Shown here piece after piece: positions 49,062 to 57,398 of a DNA stretch of 64,000 bases. The stretch is taken from assembly GCA_963736895.1 (NCBI GenBank), contig CAVTQU010000011.1, forward strand, positions 21,153 to 85,152, in the 5' to 3' direction. The stretch comes from an uncultured Chloroflexia bacterium (GTDB lineage: Bacteria > Chloroflexota > Limnocylindria > Limnocylindrales > CSP1-4). The notes beneath the pieces are model-generated. The model was given only the letters and a program-made list of their open reading frames with translations. It was not told the DNA's origin and searched no databases. The translations under genes were made by a program, and so were the position numbers. How positions within the stretch are numbered: position 1 is the first letter of the stretch; the number at the start of each line of letters is the position of its first letter.

Positions 49062-50966
49062 TCAGAACGGGGTGGGGGTTGCGAGAATCTCTGACACGGT
49101 GAAGTAGATGAAGGTCTCATCCTGGTTCGGCAGGCCCTCGTTCGTGTACGCGTAGATGCGTTTGAGCCCACCCCTGGCTCGCTGCACGCGAGTGGGAACG
49201 CTGATGAACTCGCCCGATCCGTTTGTGGTCCCGCTCGTGATGAAGTCATCGCTCTCCCACCGCAGCACGACCGGTGTATTCGGTGGGAAAGCCAGCAGAT
49301 GGAACGTAACCAAGTCTCCGATCCGGGCGGATGGTGGGTCGACCGTGATGACGCGGTCGAAGGGCGGTACGGTCGCGGGCGCCTGCGTCGCCGATCCGGT
49401 AGGAATGGGCGAGAGCGCGGGCGACGGAGAGCTGGTGGCACCGCCACCGAAGGCCAGCACCAGCATGAACAGCAAGCCGGCTGCGACAACGGCAATCAAC
49501 GCCGCCACTCCCACCTTGCCGATCATGCCCTTGTTGTGTTCCCACTGGGCCTTGATCCCTCCCGCGTCGGACGGGACGGCCGTGATAGGTGGGGCCTGAC
49601 CGGCAGGCAGCGCAGCGCCGTCACTCGCGGACGCCGGGGCTGGCGGGGCTGGCGGAGGGCCGCCACCGGCTACAGGTGTGGTTCTCGCGCCGCCGGCGCC
49701 TGCCACCGCAGCGGCAGCAGCGGCTCCGGCAATCGGAGCTGCTGCATCGTGCCTGTCGGCAGACCCCTCCGTTGATTCGACCTTGGCTGTCCCGGCTGCG
49801 GCGACGCCCGTGGCAGCAGCTGCTGCGATGTCGACTGGTGCCGCCGCGCGTACCTCTTTCGGCAGGTTGAAAAGAATTCCGTCTGGCGAACGCATGAAGA
49901 GAACCGGAGTGCCCCATTCGTAGGTGTTCGCAACCTGCAGCGCAACCGATTTGCGCGCCTCCGCCACGGCTGTGTCGACCGCCATGCCGCGCGCAATGGC
50001 GGTGTAGAAGACGCGACTGAACTGGATGGCAGCGTCGTCGGTGATCTCGAACTGCATCGCAACAACCGCGGGCGTGCCACGGCGCACCAATGCGGCGGCA
50101 GTGCTCGAGAAGATGTCCGTCTGGGTGCCCTGTGCCGTCTCGCATGAATTGAGGAGAGCCAGGCGGAGCGGCTCGTGGTCGCCCAGCAGCACCGCCAGAT
50201 CCTTGGCCGCGAGCTCGTGCGCCTTGCCGTCGTCACCCGTCAGGTAGATGACGCCCGACTGCAGCCGCTCACTGAATCCACCGTGGCCAACGAAATGGAA
50301 GATGTGCCACGGACCGTCCCATAGCGTCTGTTGGAGATCCTCCCATGTCTCGCCGGCGACCCAGTGGACCTCGACGAGTCCCTTTTGCCGGACCTTCTCG
50401 AGGGCCATGTCGAGCCTTTGCCGTTCGCGCTGGGCGTCGAGCGTGCCCAGATCGCTGGGGCCGGCGGCCATGGCCAGGATCCGCAGCGGCGGTGATACCT
50501 CGAGCGGCTGAATGGGTTGGGCCAGAGGCAGGTAGCGGACGACCGGGGTCGATGTGCCGAGGGCAAGGTAGTTCCCGCGAGCCGCGTCATACAGGTATTC
50601 CCACGGCAATCCGGCCAGCTCAGGCGCGGAGATGCGCAGCTTTATGCGCACTCCCTTGCCGCCGCTCTGGGCGATGGTTCGGCTAACGTCCAGCCGGCTG
50701 CCAACCTCGCCCTTGAACAGTGACGCGAAGAGGTCGGTGCCGAGCTCCTCTACGGACTTGTCTTCAACCGAAGCGGCGCGACGTGTCCCACCGGACCGGA
50801 GCAGGGCGATCTGCAGTGCCTGGATCTTGTTCTGGAGCGCCAGCCGGTCGTACGGGAACGTCATCTCGCCGTGCGCTTCGCCAGCCGGCGACTGAACGAC
50901 CGATACCTCGTAGGTGCCGCTCGTTCCTGCCTCAACCGCGATGTCGAAGTCCAGGTAATCCATCAC
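49062..50966 (-). CDS. CHAT-domain (caspase-like) protease: N-terminal CHAT, one TM helix, C-terminal extracytoplasmic domain
   Basis: WHIFHFVGHGGF (His) and LALLNSCETA (Cys), an Ala/Pro-rich linker, TM helix IGKVGVAALIAVVAAGLLFMLVLAFGG, then ~120 aa that are beta-rich. Confidence 0.8.
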   Translation of the reverse strand: MMDYLDFDIAVEAGTSGTYEVSVVQSPAGEAHGEMTFPYDRLALQNKIQALQIALLRSGGTRRAASVEDKSVEELGTDLFASLFKGEVGSRLDVSRTIAQSGGKGVRIKLRISAPELAGLPWEYLYDAARGNYLALGTSTPVVRYLPLAQPIQPLEVSPPLRILAMAAGPSDLGTLDAQRERQRLDMALEKVRQKGLVEVHWVAGETWEDLQQTLWDGPWHIFHFVGHGGFSERLQSGVIYLTGDDGKAHELAAKDLAVLLGDHEPLRLALLNSCETAQGTQTDIFSSTAAALVRRGTPAVVAMQFEITDDAAIQFSRVFYTAIARGMAVDTAVAEARKSVALQVANTYEWGTPVLFMRSPDGILFNLPKEVRAAAPVDIAAAAATGVAAAGTAKVESTEGSADRHDAAAPIAGAAAAAAVAGAGGARTTPVAGGGPPPAPPAPASASDGAALPAGQAPPITAVPSDAGGIKAQWEHNKGMIGKVGVAALIAVVAAGLLFMLVLAFGGGATSSPSPALSPIPTGSATQAPATVPPFDRVITVDPPSARIGDLVTFHLLAFPPNTPVVLRWESDDFITSGTTNGSGEFISVPTRVQRARGGLKRIYAYTNEGLPNQDETFIYFTVSEILATPTPF

Positions 50967-51130
50967 CGCTCACCGCGTGACCTATCGGCCCCAACCCGCA
51001 CGCTAAGCCTGAGCATTGACCTCCGCTAGCGGGAAGTCAACTAAATAGAGATCGGATCGACGACAAGAACCGAGTCGCAAGGCGGACAGAATCGGCGGTA
51101 TGACGGTGCCGGCGAAGCCGTGCTTACTCG

Positions 51131-51580
51131 TCAGAGCGAGGTCTGCCGCCGGGCGTCGGAGTCTGCACCCCGACGCCCTGCAGCCCGTGCGTCCACCGTG
51201 GTGGCATCACGGGTAAGGGCACCGATTTCACCGGTCCGCAGTGGACCGCCGAGGATGGCAACCCGATCGCGAATGATCTCGCAATGGGTCAGCCGGGCGT
51301 CGTAGCTGGCCGCATCCGTCCGTCCCGGAGCGGCCACGATCGCCACTTCATCCTCGACCTCGAGTGCCCGTAGTCCGCCACCGCCGGCCGCCCCAGCGAC
51401 CGGCGCGTCGGCAGCGGTGTTGATGTTTACTCGGAAGCACGGCTGCGGCGGCACGCCCAGCGCCTGCCACAGCCGCACTCCCGGTGGATCGGGCGCGCCG
51501 CACGGAGGGTCGAAAGAGATTCCGGCGTCAGTGACGCCGCCTACCCAGGCCCCTGGTGGAACCCGGGAGTCGCTTCCCAT
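51131..51580 (-). pseudogene. contractile-tail sheath-like N-terminal fragment (gene remnant)
   Basis: PPGAWVGG...CFRVNIN...GLRALEVEDEVAIVAAPG...THCEIIRDRVAILGGP follows the sheath N-domain pattern PGVYxEE...CYxV...LddVxLLVaaG...C...FAxxDgP. It covers only ~150 of the ~400+ residues, and no other tail genes are nearby. Confidence 0.4.
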
Positions 51581-51650
51581 TCGCGCGCCCCTCCATGCGC
51601 CCGGGTTAACGGATGTCCGGGCGTGGACGCCATCATCTACCGCGGATGAC

Positions 51651-51675
51651 GAAAGTCAATAGTTATTTGACTTTC
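51651..51675 (-). terminator. perfect 9-bp hairpin just after the GMC gene (possible terminator or protein-binding site)
   Basis: GAAAGTCAA-TAGTTAT-TTGACTTTC lies 19 nt past the stop at 51694. No U-tract follows. Confidence 0.3.
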
Positions 51676-51693
51676 GGTTCATTGACGTTTTCC

Positions 51694-53376
51694 CTAAGAC
51701 GGCCAGTCCTCGTTCGACGCTGTCTCAAGGATTCGCGTTGCGAAGCGGTCAGACAGGGCGGCGATTGTCAGGCTGGGATTGGGCCCAACGGGCCCCGGCA
51801 TGACCGAGCCGTCGGCCACGAAGAGCCCGGGCTGGCCGAACACGCGTCCCCATGGATCGACCACACCCTCGTCCCGGTTGCGACCCATCGGGCAGCCGCC
51901 GAGCGGGTGGACGGTGATCACGCGCCTTCCGAAATGCCACAGCGGGTTGTCCATGAAACGGGCGCCCATCTCGACGGCCATGCGCTCCATCTCCTGCCGG
52001 GCACGCAGGAAGTAGGGCGCCGACCGATCGATCGCCCACGTTGAAGTGAGGCGGCCACCGTCCATGCGCAGCGTTCCGTCGGGCACGTCTCGTCCCATGG
52101 CGCCGATCGGCATCAACGAGGACGAGCGTCGCGCTGTGCCGAGAATCGCGGCGAACTCGGCGCCGAGATCCGTGTCGCGGTCGCGGCCGATGAGTCCCAT
52201 CAGCAGCCGTGCAAACGTATGCCGGGCACGCCACAGGATGCCTGGCGTGTCCGTGGCCTCGATCACCCAATCGAGGAAGCCCGGGTAGCCGACGTCCTCC
52301 ATGTAGAAGCCGCGGCCCGCAGGACCATCGGGAAAACGTATTGCCGCCGCGATGGAGGGCCCGCGACTGGCTTCGATGCGCAGCGGCACCTTGCGGCCGT
52401 CACGCTTGACGCTCGCATCCATGGCCAGCGTCAGGAGGTCGCCGTTGCCGGAGAACCTGTTGCCCAGCATCGGGCTGACGCCGGGCAGGTTCTTGAGCAT
52501 CAGGAACGTGGAGCCGAACGTGCCCGCGGAGAGGATCAGGCGATCGGCCGTCGCCGACTCGACCGGCAGCGCCACCGTCCGCGTCGAGTGACCTTCGCGG
52601 CCCAGATGGTGGCGCACGAAGTCGACTCGCCAGCCATCGTCCTGCCGAGCGAAGCTCCGCACCTCGGAAAGCGTCCGGATGTCCGCGCCGTGGCGCTTGG
52701 CCGCCGACAGGTAGTTGAAGTCGAGCGAGTTCTTGGCGCCGATGTTGCAGCCGATGTCACATTCGCCGAGCAGGCGGCAGGTCTCGCGCGGGCGGTCGTG
52801 AAGGTTAGGCTCCTCCTCGGCGATCGGCTCACCGACGGCCGGTTCGCGGCCCTCGTTGGCAAACGTTATGGCCAGCTTCGGCAGGTAAGGATCCCAACCC
52901 AGCCGCTTGCCGGCCGCGATGAAAGTTCGCGTCCGGGGCGTCCGGAACGACGGGTGATCGAGCGGATAGACCTGGCCGTTGAGCATCTTCTCGGCCCGCT
53001 CGTAGTGCGGATCGAGCTCCTCGCGCGTCACTGGCCAGGTTTCGACGTTGGGCTCGTCGACAAACGTGTCGGCGTCCTTGCGGATCATCACGTTGGCGTA
53101 GATGAGCGATCCGCCGCCCAGCCCACTCGAAACCACCGCGCCGAAGTGGGGGAACGACCAGATGTTGTACATGCCGTAGCCGCCCGCACTTGGATCCCAG
53201 AACGCTTTTCGGAAGCCTCGTGGCGAACGTGGGAAGTCACCCGGGCCAAAAGCCTGGCCGCGCTCCAGCAGAAGCACGCGTTTGCCGGCATCGCTCAACC
53301 GCTCGGTCATCACAGAGCCACCGAAGCCGGAGCCTATGACTATCGCGTCGAAATGCTCGACCGCCTGGTCGGTCAT
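51694..53376 (-). CDS. GMC-family FAD oxidoreductase (cholesterol-oxidase-like)
   Basis: Start MTDQAVEHFDAIVIGSGFGGSV. C-terminal VHPLGGCPMG...LFVADGSVMPG. ATGA overlap with the upstream gene. Confidence 0.8.
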   Translation of the reverse strand: MTDQAVEHFDAIVIGSGFGGSVMTERLSDAGKRVLLLERGQAFGPGDFPRSPRGFRKAFWDPSAGGYGMYNIWSFPHFGAVVSSGLGGGSLIYANVMIRKDADTFVDEPNVETWPVTREELDPHYERAEKMLNGQVYPLDHPSFRTPRTRTFIAAGKRLGWDPYLPKLAITFANEGREPAVGEPIAEEEPNLHDRPRETCRLLGECDIGCNIGAKNSLDFNYLSAAKRHGADIRTLSEVRSFARQDDGWRVDFVRHHLGREGHSTRTVALPVESATADRLILSAGTFGSTFLMLKNLPGVSPMLGNRFSGNGDLLTLAMDASVKRDGRKVPLRIEASRGPSIAAAIRFPDGPAGRGFYMEDVGYPGFLDWVIEATDTPGILWRARHTFARLLMGLIGRDRDTDLGAEFAAILGTARRSSSLMPIGAMGRDVPDGTLRMDGGRLTSTWAIDRSAPYFLRARQEMERMAVEMGARFMDNPLWHFGRRVITVHPLGGCPMGRNRDEGVVDPWGRVFGQPGLFVADGSVMPGPVGPNPSLTIAALSDRFATRILETASNEDWPS

Positions 53377-54161
53377 CTGATCGAAACCTCCTTCGCGCTG
53401 GTCGGCTGCGGTGGCGCGAGTCGGGAGCGAATCGCGAACGCACCCGCCGGGACGGACGGCTGGGCATGGCCTTCGTCGGGCCGGGCTCCCGCGCGCAATG
53501 CGATCGCAGCGGATTCCCGGTAGTAGTCGGTCCACCAGCGGGCCGACTGCCAGATCGCGTCAGGGCAGCTGGAGGTCGACTCGAGTCCGGGCGTCAGCTC
53601 GATGCCCGCGATGGCATGACACAGTTCGACCAGCGCGGCGCCGGGCATTCCGCGGCCCTCGCGCAGCGGAGCATCGAGATCCGCGACTCCCCAAATGGAA
53701 GCCAGCCACGCCGCGGTCAGAGCAGGGATGTCCAGCACGGCTCTCCCTGACACGACATCGTCGAGTGCACCCAGGACCGGTGCGAACGTGGAGCTGAACA
53801 GGAGGATGGCGATGTTGGGGTAGGCGACAGGATCGTCGTAGCGATCAAGCGGGACGCGGGTTACGCCGTTCCTGGCCGCGAACTCGCCCGGATCGCCGAT
53901 GGCATCGAGAGGCACTGTTGTCGCCTCGCCGGCGTTGAGCAGCGCGGCCACGGACCAATGACTGGGCGTCAGGTCGGACCGCAGCCGCGACTGCGCGACC
54001 CGCAGCCGCAGGTCGGTGAGCGCGGCACCGCCGATCAGCAGCACGCCCTGCGAGATCTCGGACCGTTTCAGCCACGCGACGTTGCCCTCGCTTCGTTTTG
54101 GCTTCGCCTCGCGCACCTGCGGGTTGGGTGAGCGGGCGCCAGAGTGGCGCATCGCGAACAT
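53373..54161 (-). CDS. hypothetical protein
   Basis: 262-codon ORF translationally coupled (ATGA) to the GMC gene. No family recognised. Confidence 0.5.
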   Translation of the reverse strand: MFAMRHSGARSPNPQVREAKPKRSEGNVAWLKRSEISQGVLLIGGAALTDLRLRVAQSRLRSDLTPSHWSVAALLNAGEATTVPLDAIGDPGEFAARNGVTRVPLDRYDDPVAYPNIAILLFSSTFAPVLGALDDVVSGRAVLDIPALTAAWLASIWGVADLDAPLREGRGMPGAALVELCHAIAGIELTPGLESTSSCPDAIWQSARWWTDYYRESAAIALRAGARPDEGHAQPSVPAGAFAIRSRLAPPQPTSAKEVSIR

Positions 54162-54179
54162 CTGTCCCTCCCCTTCGAG

Positions 54180-55517
54180 CTAGTTGAGGCGGCCGGAGAA
54201 GCCGGCAATTGGTTGTGGAGATGAGCCGTCGACGCCGACGAGCCACGCCGTGTGGTCAAGGCGAACCGATCCACCCTCCGCCCAGAGGGCGAGCGTCGCA
54301 AAGTGGTTCTCGTATGTCTGCAGCGGCCCAACCGTGACCGGCGCGCTGACGACACCGGGTACCGGAAAAGCCGGGAAGGTTTGAGGCGGCGCCTTCCACT
54401 TGCGCCCGGCGCGATCGTCAACGAGCGCCATGGGCGAGGCAATGATCTCGACGATGCGCCTGCCGTTCGGCAGCCGCACCTCGGCGACGCGCCCGAAGTG
54501 GACGTCTCCGGTCACGATCACCACGTCGTGCGTGGCCGCGTTCAGCGCCCGCACCAGGTCCGCGTACTGCGCGTAGTCGGGGAGCGTCCAGTCGGACACG
54601 TACCCGCGCCACCCGGTGCGCGGTGACAGGATCGGCTGACCCAGCGTCAGAATCGCGGGCCCCGTCAGCGACTGCAACCACGTCGCCAACTCGGCCAGCG
54701 TGGCGGGATCCATGAACTGGCCTCGGTCGGCGGTGCGCGAGAAACGTGTGTCGACGATGCGCATCGACAGCGGCGGGAGCTCGATCGCGTGCAGCCGTAG
54801 CGGCGTCTGGTAGGCATCGAAGAGCTGCTCAGCCAGTGTGGTCCATGTCTGACGGCCCATGTGAGTCCATGTGTCGGGCAGATGCGGCGCGACGTTGGGA
54901 GCGTTGTTCCAGAGCTCGTGGTCGTCGCCCGAGAGGAACGCGCCGACGTTAGAGGCAAGCGCACCGAAGCCGCCGTCGGGCATGCGCTGTCCAAACGTCA
55001 GGCCGTAGTTGGACGCGAATTCGGCCGCCAGCTGAAAGGGCGAGTGGAAGCTGAACAAGAAGTGGGCGATTGGCGTGTCGAGATACACCTGGTCACCAGT
55101 GAGCACGGCAAATTGAGGCTGGAAGGCCTGTGGCAGGCGCAGGAATGCGCGACCGAGGGCGCCTGACGTGTCGCGCAGGACGCTGAAACACGAGGCGGTC
55201 AGCATCATCAACGGCGAAGCGATCGTTGGCAGTGCCTCGGGAAGTGTCGATAGCCGGCACTCAGCCATGGGCTGTCCTGCCTCTGCCAGCACGAGCTGGT
55301 AGCCGCTGCCGGGGCTCAGACCGGTCAGCTCGACGCGCTGCTGCCACGCGAAAATAGTGCCGAAACCCTGTGGCACACCGGTCCAATTGCCCGGCACGGG
55401 AACTGGAATAGGTGCTCCCCGTATCTCGGCCGACACCGGCGGAGACGGCGACGGCCAGACTACGGAGAGCCACGCGTTCCGGCTCCCTACCTCGCGTGGC
55501 AGCATCAATGGCGTCAC
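54180..55517 (-). CDS. PhoD-like/calcineurin-type metallophosphoesterase
   Basis: VLTGDQVYLD, LSGDDHELWNN and VIVTGDVHFGRV. The GTG at 55517 overlaps the upstream stop (GTGA). The upstream 186 codons of the track ORF are not used. Confidence 0.65.
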   Translation of the reverse strand: MTPLMLPREVGSRNAWLSVVWPSPSPPVSAEIRGAPIPVPVPGNWTGVPQGFGTIFAWQQRVELTGLSPGSGYQLVLAEAGQPMAECRLSTLPEALPTIASPLMMLTASCFSVLRDTSGALGRAFLRLPQAFQPQFAVLTGDQVYLDTPIAHFLFSFHSPFQLAAEFASNYGLTFGQRMPDGGFGALASNVGAFLSGDDHELWNNAPNVAPHLPDTWTHMGRQTWTTLAEQLFDAYQTPLRLHAIELPPLSMRIVDTRFSRTADRGQFMDPATLAELATWLQSLTGPAILTLGQPILSPRTGWRGYVSDWTLPDYAQYADLVRALNAATHDVVIVTGDVHFGRVAEVRLPNGRRIVEIIASPMALVDDRAGRKWKAPPQTFPAFPVPGVVSAPVTVGPLQTYENHFATLALWAEGGSVRLDHTAWLVGVDGSSPQPIAGFSGRLN

Positions 55518-56998
55518 GAGCTCTCGTCCGACTCGAGCGTGGCGCGGTAGTCGCGAACCTGGCGCAACGCAGCGCGCAGACGCTTCTCCACCTGGGTCAG
55601 GTACCCGAGCTCCTCGGCGCGCACGGCGGCTTCGATGCGCGCGACCTCGTCCGGGCCGAGCGTGCGCTCCAGGAGCAGCATGGGCACGCCGCCGCCAGGC
55701 CAATTCGCGCCGCCGCCACCACCACCCGCAGACACCGTTCCGGCCACGCCGGCCACGCCGGCCGTGACGCCAGGCGGAGTAGGCGGCACAGCCTCTGGGG
55801 AGAGCCCGATGAGCTGGCACACCAGTGGAACGGCGGAGCAGAACTTCCGGTAGTCGAAGAGCCCGGCATCCGACGTGTCGTCCAGGATCCCGTCGCTGTT
55901 GGCGTCGCGCCAGCCGAGGTGAATCGGCGTCTGGGGGCACATGGCCCACGTGTTGGCGCTCATCAGGCAGTCGACCTGCGGATTGGCGCAGGTCTGGCAG
56001 TTGGCGTTCGGCTCGCGCCACCAGCCGAACTTTGCCGAGCACGAGCAGTTGCTCGAGGCGTACTCGTCCGGGCAACCGAAGATGTGGCCCGTTTCGTGGG
56101 TGAAGACGCGGTCGATGTTGTCGGGTCCCCAGCCGTCGTTGTCGTACTGCATCACGAGCTTGGGCTTCAGCGCATAAGCGAAATGGGCGAGCGGGTACTT
56201 CGTGAAGAAGGCCACGTACGCCCAGCGAGTGGCCAGGTCGCGCCGGATCTTCTCGGCGTGCTGCTTCGCGCCGAGGACGTTCCCCATGTAGCCGAGGCTG
56301 ATCAGTGCCGGGTCACGCCAGTGCGCCTCGAGCTGCTCATAGCCGGACTTGTTCGGGTCAGGTGGGTTGGCGATCTGTACGCTCCTGATGTCGTAGGCAA
56401 AGCTGACGCTTGCTCGTGGCTCGCGTTGCGCCAACCAGCCCAGGCCTTCCTGCACCTCGGCGACGACCTTGGTCTTCTCTTCGTCGGAGAACTTGAGATC
56501 GGGCGTTGGTCCGTCGACGATCACCAGGCCAACGGCAACGCTGCCGATGAGGTACGGGCTGAGGTCGCTGCCGATGAAGCCATGCGGCTCCGCCGGTCCG
56601 GCCTCGGTCACGTGGGTCATGCCCGGTCCGTCGGGCGCTTCCGGTGTCCCGCCGGTCTGATCCCAGGCAACTCCTTCGCGCGGCCGCTCGGCCTTGGCCG
56701 CGGCGAAATCCTTCGATCGGCGCAGATTCCACGCCTCGATTCCCAGCTCCTCTGCTGCGGTCGCACCACGAGGGGCACGCCGTACTGGTGCGGCATGGAC
56801 GGCCTTTACCGTCTTGAGCGCGTTGACCGCCTCGGCAGATTTGGGTCCGGCCGCGCAGATCAGGACGCGATCTCCGTAGCGCTGCAGGACCTGGGCACCG
56901 CGCGCCTCGATCGCACCCATTGCTCGGTGGGTGTTTGGTCCGTCACCGTCGGTCAGGATGACCAGCTGCTGGCCGTTGTCCGAAGCTCTGCTAGGCAT
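55514..56998 (-). CDS. putative zinc metallopeptidase with HExxHxxGxxD (snapalysin/metzincin-like) motif and a Cys-rich insert
   Basis: AGGAGG SD. FTHETGHIFGCPDEYASSNCSCSAKFGWWREPNANCQTCANPQVDCLM. It has a ~105-aa N-terminal domain, a Gly-rich stretch and a C-terminal helical tail. No signal peptide. Confidence 0.6.
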   Translation of the reverse strand: MPSRASDNGQQLVILTDGDGPNTHRAMGAIEARGAQVLQRYGDRVLICAAGPKSAEAVNALKTVKAVHAAPVRRAPRGATAAEELGIEAWNLRRSKDFAAAKAERPREGVAWDQTGGTPEAPDGPGMTHVTEAGPAEPHGFIGSDLSPYLIGSVAVGLVIVDGPTPDLKFSDEEKTKVVAEVQEGLGWLAQREPRASVSFAYDIRSVQIANPPDPNKSGYEQLEAHWRDPALISLGYMGNVLGAKQHAEKIRRDLATRWAYVAFFTKYPLAHFAYALKPKLVMQYDNDGWGPDNIDRVFTHETGHIFGCPDEYASSNCSCSAKFGWWREPNANCQTCANPQVDCLMSANTWAMCPQTPIHLGWRDANSDGILDDTSDAGLFDYRKFCSAVPLVCQLIGLSPEAVPPTPPGVTAGVAGVAGTVSAGGGGGGANWPGGGVPMLLLERTLGPDEVARIEAAVRAEELGYLTQVEKRLRAALRQVRDYRATLESDESS

Positions 56999-57016
56999 CG
57001 GCGTAACCTCCTACCC

Positions 57017-57382
57017 GTGAACGAGGTGCTGATCGTGCTGAGCACCGCGGCGCGGCTGACAACGCGAGACCTGGCCGCCCAGGCGCCGATCTCCAACGCC
57101 GGGGCGCAGCTGTTCGGGGATCGCGTGCTGATCGCGCGGCTTGAGCCACCCGACTGCGAGGCCGTGTCCGCGATCGACGGCGTCAGCGGCGTCTTCGAAG
57201 GCCCGGTGCCCGTGGATGTCGAGCCCGTTGACGATCTCGCGGGAAAGCTCGCAGTCGACGCCTGGAACTCGCGCAAGGTCGCGTCCGCGACGGCGAAGGA
57301 GAGGATCGGCGACGGCGCGGCGTGGGACGATCCGCGGTTCGAGCGCGAGGGAAGCCAGGATCCATCGGGCGAGGACGGCTGA
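57017..57382 (+). CDS. stand-alone paralog of the N-terminal domain of the 55514-56998 metallopeptidase
   Basis: The last 121 codons of track ORF 55412..57382 lie where no minus-strand gene exists. AGAQLFGDRVLIARL...CEAVSAIDGV...AVDAWNSRK...AKERIGDGAAWDD aligns with RGAQVLQRYGDRVLICAA...AEAVNALKTV...GIEAWNLRR...AKAERPREGVAWDQ. GTG start with no obvious SD. Confidence 0.5.
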   Translation: MNEVLIVLSTAARLTTRDLAAQAPISNAGAQLFGDRVLIARLEPPDCEAVSAIDGVSGVFEGPVPVDVEPVDDLAGKLAVDAWNSRKVASATAKERIGDGAAWDDPRFEREGSQDPSGEDG

Positions 57383-57398
57383 GGCGGTCGCGGGCATA

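Noticed and set aside
51000-51700. Prophage or eCIS gene cluster
   Set aside because: Only a ~150-codon sheath-like fragment is present. There are no tube, baseplate, spike, AAA+ ATPase, integrase or att-like repeats in the window.
52219-53523. 434-codon plus-strand ORF
   Set aside because: Shadow ORF opposite the GMC oxidoreductase, which has GxGxxG and a GMC C-terminal signature.
55412-57016. First ~535 codons of the 656-codon plus-strand ORF 55412..57382
   Set aside because: It is antisense to the HExxHxxGxxD peptidase. Only the last 121 codons (57017-57382) lie in otherwise empty sequence and show homology to a real domain, so only that part is called.
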